DNA of 64,000 bases from Octopus sinensis (Eukaryota). The stretch is taken from contig NC_043009.1 in assembly GCF_006345805.1 (NCBI RefSeq), positions 37,820,001 to 37,884,000 of the forward strand, given 5' to 3'. A program made the translations under genes and the position numbers. Position 1 is the first letter of the stretch, and every line of letters begins with the position of its first letter. A model generated the notes under the pieces. The model made no database searches and had not been told where the DNA came from. It saw nothing but the letters and a program-made list of their open reading frames with translations. Positions 48,472 through 63,339 of this stretch are shown here, piece after piece.

Positions 48472-51229
48472 ATATGTGTGTGCATGTGTTTGTTTGTCCC
48501 CCACCATCGCTTGACAACTGGTGTTTGTGTGTTTGCATCCCCATAACCTGGTGGTTCAACAAAAGAGACTGATAGGCTTCAAAAAATAAGTACTGGGATT
48601 GATTCATTTGACTAAAAATTCAAGGAGTGCCCCAGCGTGGCCACAGTCTAATGACAGAAACAAGTAAAAGATAAGATATATATATATATATATGTAATGT
48701 GTGTGAGTGTCTGTTTATATCAGCATGTTCTGAACCACACAGATATGGCAAGGAAAAATACAATGAGGTATTTATGTCTCACTAAACTATCTCCACTTCT
48801 CCAAGCATGAGTTTCCTGACATTTGTACAGAGATTGAATAGAAAAATAAGTTTGAGAGAAAGTATTGGGGAGTGTGGGTGAGTTGATATAATCAAAATGG
48901 TCACATGATGGAACCAAGTAAATATATATGTATATATATATATATAACTGCAATTATATGTGAAGGCCACAATTTAAAGAATGAAACCAATCCAAAAACA
49001 AATTTGATTGATTATGTTATAGGCACACCAACAGCAATGATACTCAAATTATTGTAAAAGGATACCCACCTAGTGCAGTGCATATATTTAAAAATATAAT
49101 TTAAGTCTTTAGAAAATTCAAGTGAATAAAGTGAAAACATTAATTTCAAAGTGATTTCTTCATTTGAATGAAAAGATAAAAATCTCAGCCTCTACACAAT
49201 CGCAAAAGTGCGCTGCATTCCAAATGTAAATTTTTGTCATTGTTTTCTTTTCTTTTCTATTTTTTTCTCCCATTTTGGCCATACAACATCCTTAGCACTC
49301 AATATTAATTCCACAATCCTTGCTCTAAATCTACACTATTTCTCTATTCATTATCAAAGATTTTAAGATTTTGAAATTATGTAAAGATAAGAAACTCTTA
49401 TATCTTGAAAGCAATGCGTAGAGGAATTCTGCTTACCAAAAAGAGTGTATATTCAATTTTTAATTTGATTTTGAAACGTAATAGAAAAAGGAGGGCTGGA
49501 GGGGGGATGTAAGTTACCGCTCCACAAAACAAATTGTTTATGATTATTATAAAGTAAATTTTTAATTAAATTTACTTTCAGATTATATCTGAAAGTAAAA
49601 GTGATAACTTCAAAAAGTTTTGCATTAAATACCATTATCAAGATGAAACAACATGGCTTAATATGGTGAGGAGGCGGGTGGGGGGGGGGCATTAGTTTCT
49701 TCTGCATTCTTAGTCCAATATGAATAACACAAACACACATGAATTCTACAATAAAAAATTCCTTTTAAAGTTTCACATTTTGATTGCAGTTATATATACA
49801 TACTTACTCGGTTCCGTTATAACACTGTGGCCATGCTGGGGCACCATATTGATTTTATTTATTCTATAAGGCACTTTTGCTGAACTGCTAAGTTACGAAG
49901 ATATAAACACACCAACACCAGTTGTCAAGCAGTGTGTGTGCAAACAGAGACATATGCACACATATACAATGGGCTTCTTTCAGTTTCCATCTACCAAATC
50001 CATTCACAATGCTTTAGTCAACCCAAGACTAGAGTAGAGGAGACTCTTGTCCAAGATGTCACACAGTGGGACTGAACCTAGAACCATTTGGTTGGGAAGC
50101 AAACTTCCTACCATACAGCCATACACACACAAACACACACATATATATATATATACACACACACATGCATATACATGTGGGTATGTATATATATATACAT
50201 GTTGATAAATCAGTAGAAAATTTCTAATTTTATTTAATAAAAGGAGAAAACATGGATAAATTTTTCTCATTTGCCAAATACGTTTTTTCCCCATCAAAAT
50301 GAGTTCTTATTTTTATTTTTGTTTGTTTCAAGGGTGACATATTTATATCTATTAAATGTGGAACTTTATTGCAAAATGCATTATCAATATTTTCTGAATT
50401 TAAGCAGGAAATTTTCTTACGTAACATCACTGCTAGAGTTAAGTTATATGCATGCAAGATAATGCCGGAGAAGATTTTTCACAGAAGCCATAGCCAAATA
50501 GTCAATGAACATGGTAAAATCATTTCTGATTATTTTATAAAAACGAAACAAAACAAAACAAAATGTAAAAAATAAGAAAATGATTATCTTTAAAATTGTT
50601 TATTTATAAAAGTAAAAAAAAAATTAACATAAAAAGAAACAAAAGCAACCAAAGCAAATAAACAAACTAAGTAGAAAATAAAAGTTAAGAAATTTAATAG
50701 CAGAATTAATAATTCTTAAATATTCATTGAAAATATAGTTGAAAGATCAATTTAGATCCTAATTACAGATATTCGTCAATAATGATATTTTATCTTATTG
50801 TTGGTGATAAATTAGATGAGGCATAATTTAGATAGCATTTCAATTAAACATGCATGTATGCACACATAAACACGCATATACAATTGTGTATGTGTGTGTG
50901 TGCATATGTGTGAATGTGTGTACATCCATATGCATATGGGCAAGTTTTATAGTTACTAATTTGGTAGAAAGTTGGAGAAAGAGCTATTTATAAAGCAGGT
51001 CAATTCAAGTCAATGATTTTTACGACCCTTTAGCTAAGTGTGGACAGTAGTAAAAGCATAAACAATAATTTTATGCTTTGCATAGCAACTAGTTCTGGTT
51101 GATATGTAATTATCATAACTGAATAGAACAAGCTCTAATGCAAGCAACAGACATGGTTTTGTCTTGACACTGTAATCTCCGACCAACGAAGAAGACAGTA
51201 AATTATATAAATATATATTTAGTTAAGTT

Positions 51230-51570
51230 ACCGTTGTACAAAGCAAATTGAGATAAAAGTAACGGAGCAATTTGATTGAGGAGCTATTCTTAAGGTAGTG
51301 ACTGAGAAATGAGTAGTTCGAAGGGAAGAATGACCACAACATATAGAAGATAGAGGTGGTGGTTGTGGTTGAGATACCAATAAGATAGGGTTGAAGTCTG
51401 AGTAATGAAAGTAACAGCAAGGTGACTGTCTAGAATCCTCTGTGAGGAGAAGAGCTGTGTCTAAATTTTGGCTGACACTAGGAATTTTATCACAAGTATC
51501 AACCAGCAAATAGGAGAGCTGTGTCATGGTAGGTATTAGTTGACAGTTAGGTGCTGTGTCAACATAGGTC
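51230..51570 (-). mobile_element. Possible APE-endonuclease remnant of a CR1/L2-like LINE
   Basis: LSYLLVDTCDKIPSVSQNLDTALL...SDFNP resembles the region before the APE GDFN motif; highly decayed. Confidence 0.3.
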
Positions 51571-53513
51571 GAAAACATTGAAAACTAGAAGCAGAAGAAA
51601 ATCTTTTAAAACTATTAGTATATTTGGTACTAAACTCTTTGGGTCAATCTCTCCTCATTCTAAAAGAAAGAAAGGAAAACAAAAAGTCCTGAACTTAATA
51701 GCTGTTCAAAATGTTTTGCAATATTTGTTCTGACTCTAACGTGGCGAGCTAGCAGAATTGTTACCATGCCAGTCAAAATGCTTGATAGCATTTTGTCTTC
51801 TTTACATTCTGAGTTCAAATTTCACTGAGGTTTTCATCCTTTTTAGGGTTAATAAAATAAGTACTAGTTGAACATTGGGGTCAATGTAATCGACTTATCC
51901 CCACTCCTGAACTTGCTGGCCAAGTGGCAAAATTTGAAGCCAATACTTGTTCTGGCTCTTTAGCATATTATATTCAGAGTTCATATCCTTTCTGGGTCAA
52001 CTTCACCTTTCATTCCTCAAAGACTGATAAAGTACCAGTCAAGGGCTGGAGTTGATGGTGCATTTAAATCCCCTTTCATCAGAATTGCTGGTCTTGTGCC
52101 AAAGTCAGAAAACATTGTTATACACTGATGGTGAATATAAATATTGATTAAGTGTTACATATAGTAGCATTAGCTAATTAACAGGAGTTTAATCTCCGAT
52201 TCAGACAGATAATATATTCTTTGGTTTGGGTGACATCAGATGTAGTAGAATTATTAACGGAATACCCCAGGTATGATCAACTGAATGACAACAATCAATC
52301 TACCCCTAGGATGTGGTTTGAAATTCCAAGAACATTACAGAATACAAAAGGCACCTGAAGACAGCAAGAAGGTACCCTGGTTGAAATGTTACTATCAGAA
52401 CAACAATGAAGACATTAGTCTAGTTATGTTAGTATATGTGTGTGTGTATTTATATATAGAGGCATAGGCATAACTGTGAGGTAAGAAGTTCTCTCCCCAA
52501 CCACGTGGTTTCAGGTTTATGCCCTCTGCATAGCACCTTGAGTAAGACTCTTCTACTATAGTCCTGGGCCAACCAAAGCACTGTGGGTGGATTTGGTAGA
52601 TGGAAACTAAAAGAATCCCATCATATATATGTGCACAATCACACACACACACGTGTGTGTGTGTCTGAGTTTGACCCCCTGCCATGGCTTCACAACTGGT
52701 GTTCACGTCATTATGTCTCCACAACTTGGTTCACCAAAAGGGGTTGAGAGAATAAGTGTCAGGCATTAAAAAATTACGTACTGAGGTTGCCTTGTTTGAT
52801 TAAAATTCCTTGACGTGGTGCTGCAGCATGGCCACAGTGTAATGACTGAAAGAGGTAAAGAGACAAAAACAAGACAAACACACACACAGCTGCAACGCTG
52901 ACAGTTTTGAGGAGAAGGTACAAGTTGATACAATTGACCCCAGGGCTTGAGTGGTGCTTTATTTTACTTCCAAAAGGATGAAAAATAAATTTGGTTTTGG
53001 CAGGGTTTGAATTCAGAAATGTAAAGAACTGGAGGAAATACTACAAAGCAGTTTTCCTGACATTCTAATAATTCTGCCAGCTCACTGCATCAACATCAGC
53101 ATCATCATTATTATTTTAATGTCCACTTTATTATACCTGCATAGGTCAGACAGAATTCGTTGAGGCAGATTTTCTGTGACCAGCTGTCCTTCTTGTTGCC
53201 AGTCCTTACTTGTTTCCAAGCAAGTAAATATTTCTTCACAATCATGCATCTTTTCACAAAAGATTGAAAACAAGGGACACCACTTGTTATGACAGTAGTG
53301 GCTGTTTACAACTGTCATATGACGTTAAAATGAGGAGAAACAAAACACAAACACACACACAAATGTATACAATGAGCTTCTTATGAAATCCACCCATAAG
53401 GCTTTGGTCAGCTCAGGGCTATAGTAGAATATACTTTAGCCAAGGTGTCATGCAGGGGAATGAATCCAAAACCATGTGGTAGGGAAATGAACTTTAGCAC
53501 ACAGCTATGCCTG

Positions 53514-53545
<32 letters not shown>

Positions 53546-54134
53546 TTCATTTTTGGATTTGGCTTGCAAGCAAGATGCAATGAAAATTTAAGGAAAATAA
53601 TAATAATAATAATAATATAATAATAATAATAATTGCTTCTTATTTAGGCACAAGGTCAGCAATTTTGTGAGTAATGAAGTTTGTAGTAATCATCAACTCT
53701 GTTACTTGACTAGATCTTTATTTTATCAATCCTGAAAGAATGGTAAGGCTGGTCATGGTAGGATTTGAACTCAGTTTCCGACATGAGGAATTACCACTGT
53801 TCCAACTCTTTGTGTTCTGAGAAAATTTAAAGGTCAGTCAAATATTCTAATGACGGACTCTACCATTGGTTTTAATGTAGGACGGTCCAATGGTTCAGAA
53901 AAAAACTAATCAGTTCTGATCTTTGTGTCTCTTGTGAAACACATAATGACAGAACCATTTGACTAACCATGCACATGATTTGATCAGAATGATGAATGTC
54001 TGTCTGGGACCAGCCACAATTTTTAGAAAAGCTGATAACAGAAAAATGCAGCACATTATTCCAATCCCGTGATTTCTCCAAATAGTATTCCTGAGGTTTT
54101 ATACCGAAATAACCTTCACTTCCAGAGACAAGCT

Positions 54135-54530
54135 TTAACCCTTAGATGGCAGACATCAGTTTATGTTTCATTAGAGAACAGCGGACATCATAAATTGATG
54201 TTTCATTAGTGAAAAGCAGACATTATCAATTGATGTTTCTACATGGCTATGGTAACCATCAATTGATGCCTAAATGTCTACTTCGTCAATTGTGCCTAAG
54301 TTCAAGTGGCTCTAATTGATGGAAGAAATCTAGTTGCAAATGGACGACTTATACAGCAGTGAAGTTCTTCAGCTTTTCCTCCATCGTCAGATGAGGTTGA
54401 TGCTGATGATGATGCTCTAGATAGAACAGAAGAAAATGATACTTCAACTAGCTGTGGATGGAAAAAGTGCACAAGTTTTTCTCCATTTGTAGATTCATTT
54501 CACAAGAACAATACAGGAATCTCAAATGAA
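54135..54530 (+). mobile_element. piggyBac-like 5' end remnant
   Basis: TTAA-CCCTTAG start, three subterminal cagacat..attgatgtttc repeats, then acidic SSDEVDADDDALDRTEENDTSTSCGW stretch. Confidence 0.5.
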
Positions 54531-55100
54531 TTTATGCTCAAGTGATTTTATTGCCTTTTTGCCATTATCTTTACAATCTAAGAGAATTAAAATATCATTA
54601 TCACAGTTTTTGTACTTATTTAAAGTGAAAATGAATATAAAAATTACCCTCAAGAAAAAAAAATATTTTTTGCTTCTTGCCCATATTTGGTACACGCATT
54701 CATGTTAACCTTTTCCCACCATTTAAAGATTAATGAGAACCAAGGAGCACTTTATTCCCAAGGGCCCTTACTGCATGATCAACACCAACCTGGAATTTCT
54801 AATTTCTCCGTACTTTATATTCTGTGAATTAACACCTGAATATATCCGAATCAAAAGACCATCATTATCAGTGCTTTGTTGCTGTATAATTTAGAACAGA
54901 TATTAAATCGATAATTAAGAGGTAATTAGCGAAAGATATGTAAAAAGACTGCAGCATAGCATCTTATCAAATTATAATACTGTCTAATTGGTTGTGTTAG
55001 CATAAAACTAGAAGGTCCCCCCAATTAAAAGTTTAATGTTTGCTATATATATATATGTAAGTGTATTTGTGTGTGTGTTTTGCATGTATATAAGCATGTA

Positions 55101-55159
<59 letters not shown>

Positions 55160-58100
55160 TGTATATATGCATGTATAAGTGTATATGTATATATAAGAAT
55201 GAAGTATAACAATTATTAAAATCCAATAAATTGTTGGATTGGTTTCGATATTCTAGAGAATTCCACCTTCTATAATTAAGAGATACAAGATATTGTGAAG
55301 AAATTAAATGTAATCTAAACAAGTTTGCCATTAGCAAATACAAATAATAATAACAGTAGTAATAATAATAATAATAATAATAAAAAGAGTCTAAAAAATA
55401 TAGTTTTGTTACAACTTTAATATCTCAAACTTAATTTTAAAAAACCCCAGCAGCTCTTCAAACCAGATTTTAGAGCTGTTCACAGAATCGAAAAATTTAA
55501 TAAATCTGAAGAAAAGATGCAAAAAAAAAAAAAATAAATAAATACAAAGTAAAAACTGTAATAATTAAATGAATGCTAATAAGATTATTTTAAATAATGA
55601 AATACATAAATGACCCCAGATTTATATTAAGTATTTAATTAAATAAAAATAATAATAATAATAATGATAATAATAATACTAATAATGATGATAATAATAA
55701 TTTCAAAAACCTTTGTCTACTTATTTATTTATAAGACAATCTTAGCAAATCATATAAGACTTAAGAAGTTATGGTGAGAATTGCAGAGGTCAATAACATG
55801 TGTTAAAAATATCTTAGAAATAAATTGTTTGTTTTGATTATAATTTAATTTCATCTCGCATGTTTCTTAACTAGGTTTCAATTTACAACCTCTCTCTCTT
55901 TGTCTTCCAGTCCATCCCCTTCGCCCCCCCCCCCACCCTCCCCTCGAAATTCAGATAATACGATGTAACAAAGATTTAATTAACCTGATTTCTTTCTTAA
56001 ATATTTATCAATTCAGGCTTGTATTTTCTTTGACGTTTTTCCTGTTATTTCCATGAATACCAAATAAATGTGAAATAAACCAATACTTTATAGAATGCAA
56101 GAACATGAGAGAACATTTAACATTAATATTGTAAACAGCTAACTTTCCTTTATTTTTCTTTCCCTCTATTTTATTTATCTTTAAATAAGAATTAAGAATG
56201 GCTATATATCAAAAACTCAAAGATTTTTCTGTACATTTCTTCAGTTCAGTTCCTGTATTTTTGTAAAAGAAGTTGGGCATCTCAAATACGACCAATTCAT
56301 ATTAATACAAGAACGTAAACTAACAGCATCGGTATTTCCTTAAATTCTCTCAGTGTTTAAGAATCTCAATGATGATAATTTCTTTTGTCTTTTGGACATG
56401 TCAAGATCCAAGAACACAGGAAAAAATATAAATAAATAAAACCACAAACACACAATAGAAAAGGAAAAAAAAGAAGAGGAAGACGATTAAGTATTGTAAA
56501 AGCCCAATATCAATTGCATTGGTTGTTCAGGATCATTCTAAACTTGGATAACCAAATTTGTTATCTGAAAAGGGGGATTCACATGAAGAAGCTTCGGTTT
56601 TCCAGAATAAGATCTTAATGGTTTAGTAAGGAGGTACGCACAGGTTTAACAATCTGATATTGAACGTTTTATAGCAAAGAACAGCAAATGGAATCTCTAA
56701 TACAGCAGTTGTGTAACATAGATGTTTCAGAATGAGGGAATGAAATATTAGAAGCTGTAACAAATAATGACAGTTAATAATTTGATTTGCAAAACAAGCA
56801 TTGCTGAAATTGATCTATTGAGGAGAGGATAAGGAATCTATGATCAGATCTGTTATATAATAGAAGCAATTACTAATATATAACAGACCTGTTATATAAT
56901 GATAATACAGAAACACTGCTAATATAAAAGAGAAACATATATATCTACATATATACAAACACATACACACATATACAAACACACACACATATACATATAT
57001 AAGTGTGTATATATATATATATATAATATATATATATATACACACATACACACACACACACACATTCACTCATGCACATATTGAGTTTTAACAAAAAAAA
57101 AATGCTAACATAAAAAAATATGTAAAATGCTTCAGACATGACAGTTTCGAAGTAAAAGGTTACGAGATCAAACATTGCCAATATCAAGATATATCACTTT
57201 ACTTAAGTGAATCAATTGAGAAAGACATTAAGAAGAGTGAATATAGAGGAACATGAAGATGCTATTACTGCTTTAGAAGAACAGGTGGAAAGACAATACA
57301 GGAATTTATTGAGGAGAGAAAATAAGCCCAGTGGAAGAACAAGGGGAAAAGAAGAAAAAACAGCAAAAAAACCCCTTCCTGAAAGATTCAAAGTATTTAG
57401 AAAAAAATATCAAAAAAGAATGCTGCTTATTGAGAATAAAAGAAGCAAATTGAATCCTAGCAAAAAGGGCGTTAGAATTTCAGTTGAAAGTTTCTATAGA
57501 TATCCCAGATATCAGGATTAGCTGCTTATGATGACAAGTGTTGGTGCTTAATGTGTGTAACATTGAAATGAAGATAGGCTGGATTTGATTTCATGAATGA
57601 TAACACACAAGTCCCCCAAAAGACTGAGCTATTTACAACTACTTATGCAGTTATAGAAAAAGTTCTTGGTCAACAAGTTCTAGGTACAGGCATGGCTGTG
57701 TGGTTAAGAAGCTAGCTTCTCAATCATGGTGGTTTCAGGTTCGGTCCTATTGTGTTGCACTTTAGGCAAACTGTCTTCTATTATAGCCCCAGGCTGACCA
57801 AAAGTCAGAGTGGATTTGATAGATTGAAACTGAAAGAAACCTGTCATGTGTGTTCACCTCCTTGTCTTGACATTATGTGATGGCTCTAAATAAGCATCAC
57901 CATCATACAAGCAATGTTCTTTGTTTGTAGTCTTCTATGAAAAATGTCTGCTAATGGGAAAATATCACCTTGTTTAGAAACAGGTGAAGATTGAAGATTG
58001 GTGACAAGAGGGGCATCAGACCAGAGAAATCCACCTGACACATGCAAACATGCGAATATGGATGTCAATAGTGGAAATGATATAGGAGTTAAGAAATTGC

Positions 58101-58459
58101 TTTTTTTTTTAATTTTATAAATAGAAGGGAAGACTAAGAGATTAATTAGCTTACAGAGGATATTGTAATATACAGTGTTAATGAACCCCATGCAGATGGC
58201 AAAACAACCCTTTAAGTCAAGTGAACAGGTGAATCAAGCAGAATTCTGTATGTAAGAGAATTTTAATTTTGCTTTTTACTTGGTGGGTTTAGAGGAAGAG
58301 ACAATGTTCATGGCGTTTTTTTCTCTCTCTTCTTTCTACTCTATGCACAAGGCCCAAAATTTTTAGGGAAGGGGCCAGTCGATTAGATTTACCCCAGTAT
58401 GCAACTGGTACTTAATTTATCAACCTTCAAAGGATGAAAGGCAAAGTCAACCATGGCTT

Positions 58460-58610
58460 TTGCAGAGTCTCCTAGACTGGTGAAAGTGAGGCCATTAATG
58501 TTCTTGTTGAACCTTTGTAAGTCAACATTTGCAGGAAAGACAAGAGCAGGAAGGGGATTCTAGGAGGATCACATTTCCGAGAAGGAAGGACTGGGCATAG
58601 TGATTATGCC
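58460..58610 (-). mobile_element. CR1/Jockey-like LINE 3' fragment (related piece at about 2400-2605 +)
   Basis: NPLPALVFPANVDLQRFNKNIN; both copies share tcaccagtct.ggagactctg.aaaag. Confidence 0.55.
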
Positions 58611-58611
58611 C

Positions 58612-58968
58612 GCTACGTTCTGAGTTCAAATTCCGCCGAGGTCAACTTTGCCTTTCATCCTTTCGGGGTCGATTAAATAAGTACCAGTTATGCACTGGGG
58701 TCGATATAATCAACTTAATCCGTTTGTCTGTCCTTGTTTGTCCTCTCTGTGTTTAGCCCCTTGTGGGTAGTAAAGAAATAGGTATTTCGTCTGCCATTAC
58801 GTTCTGAGTTGAAATTCTGCTGAGGTCGACTTTGCCTTTCATCCTTTCGGGGTCGATAAATTAAGTACCAGTTACACACTGGGGGTCGATGTAATTGACT
58901 TAATCCCTTTGTCTGTCCTTGTTTGTCCCTTCTATGTTTAGCCCCCTGTGGGCAATAAAGAAATAAGA
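58612..58968 (+). mobile_element. SINE family A dimer (other A copies: 27430-27660 -, 31105-31333 +, 32405-32625 -, 33710-33940 +, 51740-51930 +, 5075-5790 +)
   Basis: Junction aaagaaatag|gtatttcgtctg at about 58780. Confidence 0.88.
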
Positions 58969-60140
58969 AAGGGGTCCCCACCATGACAGAATATAGTCAA
59001 GTGTGTATGAAATGTTAATCCATAGTATTAGACAGGTAGGTCGATGGATGGACAGACAGAGTTGTACTTTATTTTACTGACCCTGGAAAGCAAAGCTGAT
59101 TTCAGTGGTATTTGAACTCAGAACGTAAAGAGCAGGAACAAATGCTTCCAAGTAGTTTACCTGATAGGCTAACAGTTCTGCTAGCTTGTTGCCTTAGACG
59201 ACAATTAAATAATGGTCCTGCATATAGACTCTTTACTTGTCTCAGTCATTTGACTGTGGCCATGCTGGAGCACCGCCTTTAGTCGAGCAAATTGACCCCA
59301 GGACTTATTCTTTGTAAGCCTACTACTTATTCTATTGGTCCCTGTTGCCGAACCGCTAAATGAGGGGGACATAAACACACCAGTATCGGTTGTCAAGCAA
59401 TGCTAAGGGGACAAACACAGACACACAAACATACACACACAAATATATATATACATATATACGACAGGCTTCTTTCAGTTTCCGTCTACCAAATCCACTC
59501 ACAAGGCTTTGGTTGGCCCGAGGCTATAGTAGAAGACATTTGCCCAAGATGCAACGCAGTGGGACAGAACCAGGAACCATGTGGTTGGTAAGCAAGCTAC
59601 TTACTACACAGCCACTCCTACGGCTATACGTATATTTTTTTTAGACACACACCTGCTGATTGCTATACTATATATTTAGGCTGTAGGCTTCATCTCATAG
59701 TAAAGACTGAAACACAAAAGACGAAATGAATAGTCTGCAGAGTGTATATACCACTGTTATGCTGCTGTATGTAAAGCTTACATGAAAACAGACAATGAGT
59801 TAATATATTAAATTCTTTGTCTGTTAACTTTTATCCAAACATTTTCTAGTTTTCATGCAAAGGATTAATTCTGATGTAATATTTTTCAAAGAATTTCAGT
59901 GAAAGCCTAATTAATTTGACTCATTTTCAATGTATAAAAGACAAATCTTATTTTGGTATTAAGTGTAAATTATACAATGGAATAATAGATTAATCTGCTA
60001 AGTTTGGCAATAAGGAAACAATAGATGATAAATACCAAAGCTGGAATGAAGTGAATTAAAAGGGAATGAGCTGAACAGGCCAGATTAGAAGGCATGAAAA
60101 ATCAAGAGGCATTAGAAGATTAATGAAAAGATACACTTAC

Positions 60141-60336
60141 CAGAATCGGAAACGGTAAAAGTCCCATCATTTCCTGAGGTGATAGATAGCAGGAAAGACC
60201 CAGTAGTGTCTGGATCTTTAACAACAAGTTTAAGGACATCAAAATCAATGGGAAAGTTCTCTATTAGCTCCAAGGCATATACACTGTGGTTAAAATGAGG
60301 TGGATTGTCATTGACATCCAATAGCTCAATTGTTAC
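60141..60336 (-). CDS. FAT4: Fat/FAT4-like cadherin, first exon in window (exon A, 196 nt, phase 0 to 1): VTIELLDVNDNPPHF...GTFTVSDS(G)
   Basis: tttcag acceptor and GTAAGT donor read directly; DxNDNxP cadherin linker; split codon G|GA joins exon B in frame. Confidence 0.93.
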
Positions 60337-60472
60337 CTGAAAGGAAAAAAAAAACACACCATAAATTAACATAAATAATATGTAATATATGCACAAGGAC
60401 AATTATTTTGGGGAATGATCTAATCAAAAGGAACATTAACAATGATAAAAAATTATTTTGTACAGGTTGCAT

Positions 60473-60701
60473 TTAACCCTTTCGTTACCATATTTCTATT
60501 GAAATACTCTGCCTTTGTTTAAATTAATTTTGAAAATAACAAAGAATTTATTAAAATAACTTTGTTATTTTGAAGTTGGTGTTAGGAACATAAATTAACA
60601 TGAAATTTTGATGAACGTTTTTAAGCGAGGTCACTTGAAAACTAGAAATTTGTTTAATAGAACCAAGGGCAGTCTCAGGTGAGGTGATATCAAAAGGTTA
60701 A
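60473..60701. mobile_element. TTAA-flanked MITE (piggyBac-like ends); relatives at about 8275-8472, 19810-20035, 29143-29715, 30331-30558, 32902-33150 and 34490-34711
   Basis: ttaaccctttcgttacc ... gatatcaaaaggttaa termini; shared internal cataaattaacatgaaattttgatg block. Confidence 0.75.
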
Positions 60702-60866
60702 AACATGGACAACAGCACATTAAAGAGCACTCACAATAATTCTACATGTGTTTCCACTCATTTGCCATATACCCTCGAAGTCTGAACACTTCTCATTCCC
60801 CAATGATGTGTAGTAATCTTACCAGTCTTGTGGGGAGAGAGAGAGAGAGAGGGAGGGGGGAGAGAG

Positions 60867-60931
<65 letters not shown>

Positions 60932-63339
60932 CGAAACCAAACAAAAAAATGGTATTTCAAAGGTATGTCAGGTATGTCTTTTATTGGTGTTTAAATGTTA
61001 ACACTAGCCATTTTCAAATCAGAATTAATTTAAACCTTTTGTTACAATATTTCTAATGAAAACATTTAATATGCACATTTCAGATCATTGCATGATATAT
61101 AATAGGAGATACATCTCTTACACAAGACCTTCCTCAGTTAATATATTTCAATATATATGATGGACTCTCCTGTCAATATGCATATATATATAATGATGGA
61201 CTCTCCTGTTGAAGATGACTTATAAGTGCTCAAATTTTGCTGGCTTGTTTATAGTGGTCAAATGTATGAGCTGTACCTTAGTTTATTCCCTTGACCAAAT
61301 GGATGTTACCTGAACAGGTGTATGGTGTACCACACATAAGGTGTCAAAGTGATTGCAGAACAACATGAGATGAAGTGTTTCACTTAAGAACACAACACAC
61401 CACCCGGTCTAGGAATTGAAACCACGATCTCACAATCATGAGTGCAACACCCTAACCACTAGGCCATGTGTCCTCACTCACACACACACACATAAAATTT
61501 TTTTTGGGATCAGTGGATCTGAGCAGATAAAGCTATAAATAATAATGTGCAAATATTGGGTTAAAACCCTTTGGATGAAAAACTAGTTGAAGGTTGCCTG
61601 TGGGACATGAAACCACATCTCCAGTAAACAAATCACTCAGGCAGCCTTCAACTTTTTCTGTCCAAAGAGTTTTTAGTCCAATATTTACATGCTATTATTA
61701 TAGCTTAGTTTTATATGTACGTCAAGATTCATTGCTCAAAAGAAAAAAAAATTATTTCACATTCTTAAAGTTTCTAAATTCTTATGACATCAATATTAAA
61801 CACACACACACATTCATTTATTGCAGAATCATAAACACACACATATACACACTCACATAAACTTTTTAGAACTGCAACTTAGTAACATTCTCCAAGCATT
61901 GTTTCCACAACCTTATAACATAGTATTGATATAAAAGTCGTTGTTTAAACCCTTGGCTAGCCTTCATTAAGCAGACCTATGATCAGATGCATTCCAGCCT
62001 TGGCGAGCTCAATTTTCTCTTTGCAAATCTAGGCCAAGTCAATGCATTCCTACTGCAAGACAGTTGTGTATTACGATTCAATGGAATTCAGTTGCTATTT
62101 CTAGCAGATCAAGTGACCACATAGAAGCTCCCATCATTGACTTGATTCATATTTAAGTACGTGTAATATGTAATTATAGCAATTAGTAAATTTCGGACTT
62201 GCTGAAGCAGACATTACTTGCGGCTACCAAAATAGTTATTATGGTCAATAAGTATTCCTTAACAAGATGTGGACAGGAAGTCAGTAAATTATAAGTGTTG
62301 TTACTGAAATATGCGAGCCAACTCAGTTTGATTTAGCATGCAGAGGAGGCTGCTTCCTCTTCTTCATCATCATCATCATCATCCTCATCATCACTTAATG
62401 TTCGTTTTCCATGCTGGCTTGGGCTGAACGTATGACAAGAGCTGACAATTGAGAGGACAGCGCCAAGCTCCAATATTTGCCTCGGCAAGACTTTCACAGC
62501 TGGGCGGCGATGACGACGACGACGACCACCACCACCATCATCATCATCTAGCGTGTGTCTTCCATGCTGGCATGGGTTACATGGTTTGACTGGAACTGGT
62601 AAGCCAGAGAGCTGCCCTTCTTAACACCAACCAATCCGCGGAGTGTAATGGGTACATTTTAAGTGTCAGAGGCACAGGTGCCTTTTATGTGCAACCTTCC
62701 TGAAACCAAGTGCTTCACGGAGAGTACCAAGTACTTCTTACGTGGCACTGGCACCAGTGTGGAGGCACACTGCCTAGTGGTTAGAGCAGCGGACTCGCAG
62801 TAGAGGGATCGTGGGTTTAAATCTCAGACCGGGTGATGTGTATAAATGTAAGAAGAGTGGTGTGGATAGGCAGGTAAGCCTGCAAGGAGGGTGAGAGGCG
62901 AGTGACAGATGTGATAGTTGGATGATATCTATAATCTGTTAGTTATGCATGGGATGTAACCTACTGGTCTGACAAAAGGTACTGATAGAATAAGTACCTG
63001 GCTTATATATATATATAAAAAAAGACGTACTGGGGTCAATTCATTTGACTAAAATTTTAAGGTGGTCCCCCAGCATGGGCACAACCAAATGAAAGAGAGT
63101 TATAAAAGTCTTGAATGCTAGGATTCATAGGAGTGATTACTTGAGCATTCCTCTGGATAGGATGCAAGTCTATATTGCAGGGTTACTCATTTACAGGTGA
63201 GTGAATTGGAGCAATGAGAAATTAAGTGTTTTGCTCAGGAATACGACACATTGCTCGATCCTGGAACTGAAACCATGATCTTGGGATCATGGGCACAACA
63301 CCCTAACCACTAGGACACACGTCTTCCACAAATAAAGTG

